Of a DNA stretch of 64,000 bases, positions 49,863-59,278 are shown one piece after another. Origin of the DNA: an uncultured cyanobacterium (GTDB lineage: Bacteria > Cyanobacteriota > Cyanobacteriia > CAKZMO01); NCBI GenBank assembly GCA_963719515.1, contig CAVRCJ010000007.1, positions 1 through 64,000 on the forward strand. Reading direction: 5' to 3'. Each line of letters starts with the position of its first letter. The first letter of the stretch is position 1. The translations under genes and the position numbers were made by a program. Below the pieces are notes generated by a model. It had not been told where the DNA came from, did no database searches, and saw only the letters and a program-made list of their open reading frames with translations.

Positions 49863-50738
49863 ATGCTTCTTCCCTCATTTCTCCTCAGTCGTTCCAGCCG
49901 CTTGATTCAGCTTTCAGTCCTGCTAATTCCCTTGGCGCTGCTCGGGTGCTCAGCCCTTCCTGGGCAGCAGTCTCGTTCTACGGTTAGCCTATCGGGTACT
50001 ACCGAACCCTATCAGCTTGACCAGTACCAACAGGTGCTCAGTCGCTACGTCGGCGAGCAGGGGCTGGTCGACTACGACGGGCTGCAGGCCGACCGAGAGA
50101 CGCTAGACCAGGTGGTGGCCTCTTTTGGCGCGGTGACTCCTGAAGCCTACGGCTCCTGGAGCGAAGACGAGCAGATTGCCTTTTTGATCAACGCCTACAA
50201 CGTTTTCACGCTGCAGTCCATTATTGACCAAGAACCGCTGAAATCGAGCATTCGCGATATTCCTGGCGTTTGGCGATTGCGCCAGTTTGCCATCGCTGGG
50301 GATACTAAGACCCTCGACAATATTGAGCACGACACGCTGCGAAAGAACTTCAACGAACCCCGCATCCACTCTGCCCTTGTGTGTGCGGCCATCAGCTGCC
50401 CTCCTCTGAGGTCTGAGCCCTATCGCGGTGACCAGCTTGACGCTCAGCTCGATGAGCAGGTGAACCAGTGGCTCGCTGGCGACCACGGCCTTATGGTGGA
50501 TCAGCAGAGCGATCGCGTTGCCATCTCGTCAATTTTTGAGTGGTTTGGAGAAGACTGGGTGCCCACGTACGGCAGCAGCTCAGCCCAGAACGAGCAGCTC
50601 CCCGGCAGCGATCAGGAAAAGGCGGTGCTGAACTTCATCAGCAACTACGTTAGCCCTGAGCTAAAGACCTACCTTGAGTCGGGCGGCTACGAGCTGACTT
50701 ACCTTGATTACGACTGGTCCCTAAATCGGCAAGGCTGA
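49863..50738 (+). CDS. DUF547-domain lipoprotein
   Basis: LLGC lipobox; AFLINAYN, EPRIHSALVCAAISCPPL, YDWSLN. Confidence 0.88.
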   Translation: MLLPSFLLSRSSRLIQLSVLLIPLALLGCSALPGQQSRSTVSLSGTTEPYQLDQYQQVLSRYVGEQGLVDYDGLQADRETLDQVVASFGAVTPEAYGSWSEDEQIAFLINAYNVFTLQSIIDQEPLKSSIRDIPGVWRLRQFAIAGDTKTLDNIEHDTLRKNFNEPRIHSALVCAAISCPPLRSEPYRGDQLDAQLDEQVNQWLAGDHGLMVDQQSDRVAISSIFEWFGEDWVPTYGSSSAQNEQLPGSDQEKAVLNFISNYVSPELKTYLESGGYELTYLDYDWSLNRQG

Positions 50739-50869
50739 TCTGAGATTTTTTCAGATAATAGCTTCCGATGTAGCGGCTATACGTCAGAGGACATATTTTC
50801 GCAGGTTCAACTTCTTCCGGCAAGTCGATGCGGGTCTTAACAAAAATTTGCTTTCATGATGACTGAACT

Positions 50870-51430
50870 ATGTCAAATCAGCAAAGTAGAAGAGTAATTA
50901 TGCGACCCATCAATATTGGCTTAACGGATGAGCAGCGGAAAGGCGTCATCGATATGCTGAACCAGGACTTGGCCGATCAGTATCTCTTGAACATCAAAAC
51001 GAAGAAGTATCACTGGGATGTGGTTGGTCCTTCATTCCGCAGCCTGCATGAGCTGTGGCAAGAGCACTACGAAGCAATCACGCTGAACATTGACGCGACC
51101 GCAGAGCGGGTCCGCGCTCTGGGCGGCTACCCCGTCGGCACAGCAGAGGGGTTCCTAAAGCTAACCACCATTAAAGAGCACACGGGTGACCTGCCCAACT
51201 CCACTGAGATGGTCTCTCGCCTAGTGGAAAACCACGAGCAAATTATCCAGAACCTGCGGTCTCACGTGGATGACTGCGGAGAGAAGTACGGCGACGAAGG
51301 TACGGCCGACTTCTTGACGGGGCTCATGGAGCAGCACGAAGAGATGGCCTGGATGCTGCGCTCCTTCATCGAAGGTCAGGCGCTATCGCCGTCTGGTCAG
51401 CGTGAAGGCGACGCGTCTGTCGCGGTGTAG
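50870..51430 (+). CDS. dps: Dps-family ferritin-like DNA protection protein
   Basis: KTKKYHWDVVGPSFRSLH, DATAER, HEEMAWML; start may be at 50900. Confidence 0.92.
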   Translation: MSNQQSRRVIMRPINIGLTDEQRKGVIDMLNQDLADQYLLNIKTKKYHWDVVGPSFRSLHELWQEHYEAITLNIDATAERVRALGGYPVGTAEGFLKLTTIKEHTGDLPNSTEMVSRLVENHEQIIQNLRSHVDDCGEKYGDEGTADFLTGLMEQHEEMAWMLRSFIEGQALSPSGQREGDASVAV

Positions 51431-51479
51431 CCACACGATATAACCCCCTGTATCTACGTAAAAGAGAAGATTTTGCATC

Positions 51480-52250
51480 ATGGTAGCCGAAACCTATAAA
51501 GCTGAGAAAACTGTATCTGCAGTGTTCGAATCTCAGCAAAAAGTCAACGACGTGATTCAACGCTTGCTCGATCGCGGTGTGACGCAGGAGCATATTTCTG
51601 CCCTAGGCCGCAACTTTGAGACAGAGACCCGCATCACGGGATTCATCTCCAAAAAGGATGTGATTCTTGGCGGCCTTAGAACCGGCGCCATTTTCGGGTC
51701 TCTGTTTGGGTCTTTGCTCAGCCTATTGACCGGCGTTGGGGTCTTGTTCATCCCCTTTATAGGCTCAGTCGTGGCGGCGGGCCCGATTGGGGCGGTGCTT
51801 CTAGGGGCGGCGAGTGGCGCTTTAGCCGGTAGCGCGGGCGCGGGTATCGCCTCTGCCCTGGCCACCCTAGGCATGCCTCAGGAAAAAGCAGCCATCTACG
51901 AGACGCGCCTGAAAGCGGGCGAGTTTATTGTGATGGCTGAGGTGCCCGCCGACCGGACGGGAGAGTATCAGCTGCTGATGGAGAGCGCCGGTGGTGAAGA
52001 GATTCACACTCTAGAAACCGCGCTGCCTCGCGCCTGTCCGGGCCGGTGCAGCGGGCCTGAGAGCTTATCTCCTGAGGTGCGCTCGCATCTCTCCGAGGAA
52101 GCGCAGCCCCTGTTCATCGATCGCTACAACGAGGTGTTCGACGAAACTCAGGACGAGTCGAAAGCTGAGCATGAGGCTTGGTCCGTCGTCCGCGATCGCT
52201 TTGACGAAGATGAAAACGGCGTTTACTCGAAACCTAAGGTGAACGCCTAG
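51480..52250 (+). CDS. general-stress membrane domain fused to a ChaB domain
   Basis: Gly-rich hairpin [13 protein letters not shown]-terminal [24 protein letters not shown]. Confidence 0.75.
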   Translation: MVAETYKAEKTVSAVFESQQKVNDVIQRLLDRGVTQEHISALGRNFETETRITGFISKKDVILGGLRTGAIFGSLFGSLLSLLTGVGVLFIPFIGSVVAAGPIGAVLLGAASGALAGSAGAGIASALATLGMPQEKAAIYETRLKAGEFIVMAEVPADRTGEYQLLMESAGGEEIHTLETALPRACPGRCSGPESLSPEVRSHLSEEAQPLFIDRYNEVFDETQDESKAEHEAWSVVRDRFDEDENGVYSKPKVNA

Positions 52251-52512
52251 CGACGGGTAGACGGCCAGGCCGCTAGACTGGGGCGTGCAGCGTACTGCGT
52301 GCCCCATTTTCATGCGATGGGGGACATATCCGCTCTGCCGATAGAGGCCTCGCGATATATAGCTTTAGCCCCATTGCTTGAGACAATATCGCGGGCTCAA
52401 ACCCTCACATGGCATAGACAATGTGGCGCGCAAATGTCCTAAGCCTTGGAACATTTCTATAACAGCAAAGACAAGCTTCAGCCTTTGCCCTTTGCCCTAA
52501 CCTTGAGCATTT

Positions 52513-53754
52513 ATGCCGCTGTTTAAAGGCCTGCGGGCCAAGTTCGATCTGCCGGTGCAGTTTTGGGTTGTCGCGCTGATTGCGTTTATCAACTCGGTCA
52601 GCTTCACCATCATTATCCCGATTCTCTATCCCTACGCTAAAGAATTTGGGCTGAGTGACTTTCAAGCGAGCTTGCTCACAACGGCATACGCTGTTTCGCA
52701 GTTTGTTGCCACACCGCTGCTGGGGCGGCTTTCCGATGTCATGGGCCGTAAGCCGCTGTTGGTGGTCAGCCTTGTGGGGACGGTCATCGCCAACTTGATC
52801 GCCAGCTGGGCCTCGTTTGCCTGGCTGCTGTTTAGCGCTCGCGTTCTGGACGGCGTCACCGGGGGCAATAACTCCATTGCCCGCGCTGTCATCAGCGACA
52901 CCACCTCCCCTGAAGATCGCCCCAGAGCCTTTGGCCTATTTGACGCGGCCTTTCGCATGGGGTTTGTTACTGGCCCTGCCATCAGCTTTTTTGCCCAGGG
53001 TTTGCCGACCATACCCGGCGTCTCGCCTTTGGGAATGAGCTTTTTTGCGGGCGCGGTGATGGCGGCAATCGCCACCGGCCTGACGATGCTGCTGCTTAAG
53101 GAGACGCTCCCTCAAGATGATTGCGCAGATTCTTTGAAGCTGAGCTGGAAAATGTTTGGCTTTGGGAAAATCATCAGCTCCATTCGCCGCCCTTGCCTGG
53201 GGCAGGTGTTTTTGCTCACCTTTTTGAGCGGCTTTACCTTCACCATTTTCACGTTTGCCTTCCAGCCCTTTTTCCTCAACGTGCTGGGACAGGATGCCCA
53301 AACCCTGGCAATTCTGTTTACCATGATTGGCGTTGTTGGCGTGCTGACGCAGATTTTTGCGGTGGAGCCGCTGACGAAGCGGTTTAACCTAGCGGATATC
53401 ATGTTTGTGGCGATCGCGGTGCGGGGGCTGCTCTTTTTGCTGATGCCGGCGTTCCCCACGGTAGCGGTGTTTGTGGGACTGCTGGCGCTCCTAGGAGTAG
53501 TGAACTCTTTTCCCATGCCGCTGATCAGCTCTATCTTGAGCAACAACAGCGGCGATCGCGAGCAGGGAGAGGTGATGGGCATCAATGCCTCCTACTTGAG
53601 CATCTCGAATGCGATCGGTCCGGCCACGGCAGGGCTGCTGGTGAGCTTTGGCTACGGGACGCCGTTTTGGGTGACGGGGGTGCTGACGCTGCTGACGGCG
53701 GGGTTTGCACTACACCTGAAGCGGGTAGCGGACTGCGACAAGAAGGTGGCTTAG
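52513..53754 (+). CDS. MFS transporter (TetA/DHA1-like)
   Basis: GRLSDVMGRKP motif A, ARVLDGVTGG, ~12 TM segments. Confidence 0.92.
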   Translation: MPLFKGLRAKFDLPVQFWVVALIAFINSVSFTIIIPILYPYAKEFGLSDFQASLLTTAYAVSQFVATPLLGRLSDVMGRKPLLVVSLVGTVIANLIASWASFAWLLFSARVLDGVTGGNNSIARAVISDTTSPEDRPRAFGLFDAAFRMGFVTGPAISFFAQGLPTIPGVSPLGMSFFAGAVMAAIATGLTMLLLKETLPQDDCADSLKLSWKMFGFGKIISSIRRPCLGQVFLLTFLSGFTFTIFTFAFQPFFLNVLGQDAQTLAILFTMIGVVGVLTQIFAVEPLTKRFNLADIMFVAIAVRGLLFLLMPAFPTVAVFVGLLALLGVVNSFPMPLISSILSNNSGDREQGEVMGINASYLSISNAIGPATAGLLVSFGYGTPFWVTGVLTLLTAGFALHLKRVADCDKKVA

Positions 53755-53780
53755 ACCCATACTAGTGGCGACAATACAAT

Positions 53781-53814
53781 TGAGCCACCCCGCGAGCATG
53801 AACGGGGTGGCTCA
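53781..53814. terminator. strong hairpin after the MFS gene, possible terminator
   Basis: 12-bp perfect stem TGAGCCACCCCG/CGGGGTGGCTCA between convergent ORFs; no U-tract. Confidence 0.5.
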
Positions 53815-53945
53815 CTCAGTAAAACCATTCTCCAAGGTGAGAACGGCTGTACCGGAGCGCTCACAGTTGACGCGGCGATCGCGACGCGAAGGCAATGGCT
53901 CTATCGCCGTATTACAACATCGTTTTATAGCACGATGGTCAACCG

Positions 53946-54236
53946 CTACGCCGCTAGCTCACTCGCCACGGTGAAGCTGACGTCTGCTACCGCACCGCTT
54001 CCTGCCAGGAATACCTCCATACGGGCCACGATATCCCCTTCGCCCAGGGCAAAGGTAGCGTCAGCCTCTGCCTCTAGAGGCAGACCTAAAGCGACCAAAC
54101 CAGCGGTGTCCAAATCGCCTGCGATCGCGTCAACAGCGCCGCTCACGTCGGTGAGTTCGATGTCAGCCGTGTCCAAGAATTCCTCGTCAAAGAAGAGGCT
54201 GGTGACGCTAGAGGAATCGCTGCCCCCCACAACCAC
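53946..54236 (-). pseudogene. acidic fragment of a probable extracellular protein
   Basis: Protein-like acidic beta-rich sequence with no RBS or good start, and a stop just upstream. Confidence 0.35.
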
Positions 54237-54459
54237 AAACTGACTTGCTCAATGTGTAGCCTAGAGCACAAACGATATAATCAATTTATGCAGGTTTCTG
54301 AGCAACTTCCCATCAGCTTCTTATGGTCTGCTCAGAGTTCAGTCAGGAGCGGCTCAGATAGCTCCGGCACTATAGAAACTGTAGACAACAGGCAAATCGC
54401 TTCATTCAGCTTCGACCGCTGCCTGCAATGCGCCCCCAATTTTTAAGGAGATTTCTGTT

Positions 54460-54819
54460 ATGAAACGTATCTTTACCGCCGTTCTATCCATCGCCGCGAT
54501 CGCCGCCTTTACTGCCCCCGCTGCTGCGCTCTCTGGCCGCCACGCTGAAGAGTTCCACGAAGGCCTAGGCAATAAGCTCTCGGGTCGCTTTGAAGAAGAG
54601 TTTCGTGAAGGTCTGGGCAACAAGCTCTCGGGTCGCTTTGAAGAAGAGTTTCGTGAAGGTCTGGGCAACAAGCTCTCGGGTCGCTTTGAAGAAGAGTTTC
54701 GTGAAGGTCTGGGCAACAAGCTCTCTGGCCGCTTCGAAGAAGAGTTCCGTGAGGGTCTGGGCAATAAACTCTCGGGTCGCTTTGAAGAAGAGTTTCGCGA
54801 AGGTCTAGGCAACAAATAG
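54460..54819 (+). CDS. secreted tandem-repeat peptide (signal peptide + 6 x 16 aa)
   Basis: TAAGGAG RBS; 23-aa Sec signal ending AAA; LSGRHAEEFHEGLGNK then five LSGRFEEEFREGLGNK; own terminator. Confidence 0.85.
   Translation: MKRIFTAVLSIAAIAAFTAPAAALSGRHAEEFHEGLGNKLSGRFEEEFREGLGNKLSGRFEEEFREGLGNKLSGRFEEEFREGLGNKLSGRFEEEFREGLGNKLSGRFEEEFREGLGNK
54529..54816 (+). repeat. 48-bp coding tandem repeat, 6 units
   Basis: Contiguous units without spacers; units 2-6 differ only synonymously. Confidence 0.95.
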
Positions 54820-54870
54820 AGGTTTTACCTGAGGTAAAAAGTTCGAGCTACCACACAGACATAGACACAA

Positions 54871-54901
54871 TTCCAGGGCCTCAAAACCCTGGGATTTTTT
54901 T
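54871..54901 (+). terminator. rho-independent terminator
   Basis: TCCAGGG-CCTCAAAA-CCCTGGG hairpin followed by A and a T7 tract. Confidence 0.8.
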
Positions 54902-54906
54902 GCGGG

Positions 54907-55288
54907 TTAGCGCGTCGGGCGCTGCTGCACCAGATAGCTCAACACTTGCCCCTGAGCCGGTGTGATTCTAATGCCCTGCTCCCGGATCGCAATCAGCGGG
55001 GTCCACAGTCGTCTTTCGACGTACTGCAGCAGGTGCAGTCGGGCGTTCGCACTAGCGAAGGCTTTGCCTTATCGCATCCTGGACGTCTGCGGGGGAGCCG
55101 ATGATGATGTGCCTCAGGTGTGAGTCTCCGCCTGATTCTGAAGGATCGACACAGCTGGGGGCTGGGGACGGCTCGATTAACACTGGCGCGATGGGTGCTG
55201 TGTCTGGCGCGGAGCCGGGTACATCGCTGGGCAGCGCGGGCTGTGCCGCCTCTTCGGTGGAGGGCGACAGATAAGTTTTAGGTAACAT
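54907..55288 (-). pseudogene. paralog of the 22289 gene, disrupted by a 25-nt insertion
   Basis: Deleting 55046-55070 restores GCGATCGC and a 118-aa ORF (..VQDAIARLHLLQYVERRLWTPLI..QQRPTR*). Confidence 0.8.
55046..55070 (-). repeat. 25-nt double-hairpin SDR-like insertion within a HIP1 site
   Basis: GCGAT[AAGGCAAAGCCTTCGCTAGTGCGAA]CGC; overlapping hairpins AAGGC-AAA-GCCTT and TTCGC-TAGT-GCGAA. Confidence 0.85.
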
Positions 55289-55539
55289 GAGGGACTCCTG
55301 TTTACGTTGGGTTAGGAGTCCCCCAAAAACCGGTCATCACCAAACGTTTACGCGGTTCGAGATGACACAGGTAAAATTACCTCAGTTCTTCCCGACAGCT
55401 GTAACCTGTCGTGTGGGATTAGGGGCCGCATGTTGTCTGCATCAACATGCGGCTCCGCCCGACCGAATTCTTGGGAGACTAAGCCATGGAGACCACGGCT
55501 ACAGCAACTGAGGATAATACATTTGGTCTTTGGAGGCAA
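55289..55539 (-). promoter_or_regulatory. putative sigma70 promoter and ~215-nt structured 5' leader
   Basis: TTGCCT-17-TATCCT; hairpins AGCCGTGG/CCATGGCT, GCCGCATGTTG/CAACATGCGGC, CGACAG/CTGTCG, GTCATC/GATGAC; GGGACTCCT/AGGAGTCCC covers the RBS. Confidence 0.6.
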
Positions 55540-55623
55540 GGTGTCTGATGGTGGCGATCGCGTCTAAGCGTTAGGCAATTCCCGACGGGTTGAAGTGGAG
55601 CCGATGATGGCAAAGGGCAGAGC

Positions 55624-55863
55624 GTGAAAGCGGCTGAACTACTGCGACTCTATGAGGCGGGGCGGCGGGCCTGGATTCGCGCTACTTCTGTCGCGTTTGC
55701 GGCAACGGGTGGCACGAGCTTTTACCGCGCTAATCTGACGGATGCTAGTTTTGCGGGGGCTCAGCTTCGGGGTACGGATTTTCAGCAGGCGACATTGACT
55801 GGTGTAATTTGGCGAGAGGCTGAGGGGCTAGCCTGGGTGCGATTGGATGAACGGCTTGAATAG
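55624..55863 (+). pseudogene. internally deleted pentapeptide-repeat protein remnant
   Basis: MKAAELLRLYEAGRR start joined directly to WIRATSVAFAATGGTSFYRANLTDASF, which normally lies far downstream; early stop. Confidence 0.55.
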
Positions 55864-55995
55864 CTGTAAAAGCTAAACTTACTGATTTGTGGTCAACAAG
55901 AGGAAGGCGATCGCGGTTTTTGGTTGGCGATCGCTTCGATGCTCCGAAGGACCTTCGAGGGCGTAGTCTATTGCGAACGAACGTCCTTCGCTGTT

Positions 55996-57750
55996 CTAGA
56001 TGAAGTCTGCGCGATTAAGATCACCGACGTTCACGTTTTCTAACAGAAGTATGCTGCGTCCGCGAAATTGCACCAGCACATCATCTCGCCGCTGATCTAG
56101 AGTAATCTGACCCAAGCCAATACCAATCAAATTAACTCTGTCACGCCTGTCTTGAAAGTCGGTAACGCGGTCGAATCCTTTACCGCGAATAATGATTTGG
56201 TCGCGTCCGGAGCCAGTCTTTATGACGTCGCTGCCGCCGCCGCCATCAATACGATCATTTCCCGCGCTACCAATCATAACGTCGTTGCCGCCGCCGCCGC
56301 CCAAGCGATCGTTGCCGGCCCCACCAATCAATCGGTCCTTGCCGCCGCCGCCCTCTAAGCGGTCGTTGCCGGCTCCGCCAATCAAGACGTCTCTACCGCC
56401 GCCGCCAAGGAGCGTATCCCTGTCAATACCGCCAACGAGTCGGTCGTTACCGCCCTGGCCTATAAGACGATCGTTGCCGGAACCGCCTATGAGACGATCG
56501 TTGCCAGAACCGCCTATGAGCTGGTCGTTACCGATGCCACCATTGAAGCGATCGTTTCCAGGGGTACCGACTATAACATCATCGTTGGGCGGTGGCAGTA
56601 TTGGTTGTGGCGATGGCAATATCGGCTGCGGCGATGTTGGCTGTGACGGTGCTCCGGTTGGAACTTGGGTAATGTCTATGTTGTAAGTAGTTGAGGCCCC
56701 TCCTATCCGAATAAAGTAGGTTCCAGCCGATAGATTTGTAGATAGTCTGTCACGCCCACTGAATCTCCGAGCAACACGCTCACTAGATTCAGCAACGTTG
56801 TTACCATTTCTATCAGCAAAGATATCAAAAAATATTCTATTGGTTTCTCCACTAAAAACTACACCTAAGTTACTATTTTGGGCCAGTGTAAACTTATAGA
56901 AATCGAACTCATCTAAAGTACCTACGTAATCGCGGATACTGCGCCCTCTAGGTAGTACGCCTAAATCGAGCGCCTGGGCAATATTATTTCCGGGGTCTAC
57001 AGGAATATTGCTTGGCTTTAAAGTTGGTGATAGTCGAAGATCATAGTTTGTTGTTGCTCCATCTACCTCAATGAAGTAGTCTCCGGCTGGTAAGTCTGTA
57101 GAAAGAACATCGCGTACATTTGATCTTCTTACGATGTCTTCACCGCGATCAAAAATTCTATTGTTGTTTCGATCGGAAATAATTCTGATAGTGTTAATTC
57201 TATCATTACCTTCTTCATCAACGACTACTGCAAGATTTCCATTCTCGGGTAGCGTAAGCTTGTAAAAATCGGAGTCGTCCAATTCTCCTATATAGTCTTT
57301 TAAGCTAAGTTCTGCAGAGACTATTCCCAGATCAAATGCTTGATCGATGCTATTTCCAGGGTCTGAAACAAGATTACTTCGTCTTTCGGTTGCTGCTAGC
57401 TGAACGCTATAGTCGACTGTGTTGCTTATGAATGAAGGCACAGATAGCTGAATAAAATAAGCTCCAGCTGTTAAAGGTCTAAAAAATCTTCCTGATGTTG
57501 GAAAGGAGCTTCCCCTAATACGCTCGGTATCTTGAACAATTCCATCTTTATTTATATCAGTAAGTAGAGTGAATGAGGGTGTTCTCGTTATACTACTTAT
57601 GTTTGCTGAAAAATCGCTGTTTTGATTAAGGGTGAATTGATAATACGCAGTCTGGTCTGTGTCATCAAAGGTATCAATGATAGTACGCAGGCTAGACAGA
57701 ACGCCGAGATCATTTGCGGTTGCGAGGGTATTGTCGGACAGTGAAACCAT
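55996..57750 (-). CDS. RTX/hemolysin-type calcium-binding protein with three PPC-like repeats
   Basis: Three ~120-aa repeats (A.DLGVL..D.DFYKFTL..AGTYFI), Pro-rich linker, many GGxGNDxL nonamers; AT-rich. Confidence 0.9.
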   Translation of the reverse strand: MVSLSDNTLATANDLGVLSSLRTIIDTFDDTDQTAYYQFTLNQNSDFSANISSITRTPSFTLLTDINKDGIVQDTERIRGSSFPTSGRFFRPLTAGAYFIQLSVPSFISNTVDYSVQLAATERRSNLVSDPGNSIDQAFDLGIVSAELSLKDYIGELDDSDFYKLTLPENGNLAVVVDEEGNDRINTIRIISDRNNNRIFDRGEDIVRRSNVRDVLSTDLPAGDYFIEVDGATTNYDLRLSPTLKPSNIPVDPGNNIAQALDLGVLPRGRSIRDYVGTLDEFDFYKFTLAQNSNLGVVFSGETNRIFFDIFADRNGNNVAESSERVARRFSGRDRLSTNLSAGTYFIRIGGASTTYNIDITQVPTGAPSQPTSPQPILPSPQPILPPPNDDVIVGTPGNDRFNGGIGNDQLIGGSGNDRLIGGSGNDRLIGQGGNDRLVGGIDRDTLLGGGGRDVLIGGAGNDRLEGGGGKDRLIGGAGNDRLGGGGGNDVMIGSAGNDRIDGGGGSDVIKTGSGRDQIIIRGKGFDRVTDFQDRRDRVNLIGIGLGQITLDQRRDDVLVQFRGRSILLLENVNVGDLNRADFI

Positions 57751-58351
57751 GTGAATCTATAGTGACAAGTGTGGCTATCAATCAAGACGAACATGTATAA
57801 TTTATCACTAGAAAATCGAAGTACATCTAATATTGCGCGATGGTAACAATTCCGCAAAGAGATTAACATTTTGGTAAGAATTTTAAAATTTAATCAAATG
57901 ATCATTGCGCAGGCTCTACAAGCAGTTGTGGCATGTTTACAACTACTACAATCGTGAGCGATAAATACGCACAGGTTGAAGTATCTCTGTCGTAGCGTTA
58001 TTTTTAGGCCGGAGTAATCCTGATTTTGTTTTCCGGAACGGTGATCAAGGCTATCCATTGTTCCTACTCTACGTACTGCAGCAGATCCAATGCCGCCGCC
58101 GTCGGCAACATCACCAGCGGAGCCGTCACCTTCTCCGGCGACCTTAACAGCTTCGCCAATAACCTCACCGAGCTAACCCAGACCCTAGGTATTCCCGTCG
58201 AGCAGGTGCAAACGCCTCAGCCGTAGGCACACACCATTGTCATACAGACTGCATCTCGATTAACCTAAAGCGACAAATTGACAATATTTTGTGCTGGGAC
58301 AGCTACCATAGCTCTGTAATTATATGTATTGCGCAATATTTCAATCGACCT

Positions 58352-59206
58352 ATGACCCTAAAATTACTCATAACCCTAGCGGCCCTGCTCACCCTGCCCC
58401 TCCCTGCTGTCGCCCAAAATATTCAAAGCGTTGACGACGCCCCCAACGACACCTTCAGCGATCGCGTCTCCATCGCTCCTGACGTCACGCGAATCTTTGG
58501 ACAGCTTGAGCCACCGGAAATCCCTGACACAGACTATCGCACTCGCGAAGCGATGAGTCGGGGCGAAGCCAACACCGTGACGATTACCGGCCTGCCCGCC
58601 TCCGAGCCCTTCTTCGCCTGGGTGGAGTCTGACGACTCAATGGACCTCGTCATGGCGCAGTTCGACGGTGCCGGAAACATGATCCTATTCGACGACGACA
58701 GCAGTCCGTTTGGAAGCCTTGCGCCAGCGATTCGAGGCATCGTACCCAGTAATGGGACGGTAGAACTCAAGGTATCGGGGCTTGGGGATGACGATTTCGA
58801 CGGATTTCAGGATTACTACAACCCCGAGGGTGTGGTGTCGTCGCGCGACCCACACGGCCAAGCAGGAGACTATACCCTATCGGTACTCACGGGTGAAGAG
58901 AGCATCACCGGTGACCTCGACTTCTTCACGCTGAGTGGACTGACGCCGGGAGATGTTTTTTCGGTAGCCGTCAGCCTCGCAGAAGCTGGGGCTTCCGTAG
59001 GCTGGCTAGCGGGCGATGGCAGCCTAATTGGCCGCAGCATTTACTCTGAGGTGGATAGTCGTGAGCAGGTCAGCGGCCTAGTTCCGGCCAGCGGCGAGAT
59101 TCATCTTGTGGTGAGTGGGTATGAAGACTTCAGATTTGAAGGACGTCACGGAACCTCTGGAGAATACGTTATAGCTGTCGAGACCCGAGCTGTTGAGTCA
59201 CCATAG
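58352..59206 (+). CDS. secreted acidic protein with PPC-like beta domains
   Basis: Signal peptide ending AVA; FDDDSS, GDDDFDG, GDYTLSV, DLDFFTLSGLTPG. Confidence 0.7.
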   Translation: MTLKLLITLAALLTLPLPAVAQNIQSVDDAPNDTFSDRVSIAPDVTRIFGQLEPPEIPDTDYRTREAMSRGEANTVTITGLPASEPFFAWVESDDSMDLVMAQFDGAGNMILFDDDSSPFGSLAPAIRGIVPSNGTVELKVSGLGDDDFDGFQDYYNPEGVVSSRDPHGQAGDYTLSVLTGEESITGDLDFFTLSGLTPGDVFSVAVSLAEAGASVGWLAGDGSLIGRSIYSEVDSREQVSGLVPASGEIHLVVSGYEDFRFEGRHGTSGEYVIAVETRAVESP

Positions 59207-59278
59207 GATACAGGATTAGAGTTGGTGCTGTCGGAGAGCGCTTCTTGATGAGAGTCTCTCCAGCAGCTCAGAGCCCCC

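Noticed and set aside
54402..54815. Antisense and alternate-frame repeat ORFs
   Set aside because: Shadows of the 48-bp repeat; only the + frame has an RBS, signal peptide and synonymous variation
54529..54816. CRISPR array
   Set aside because: The 48-bp units are contiguous with no spacers, vary at synonymous positions of an ORF, and no cas genes are present
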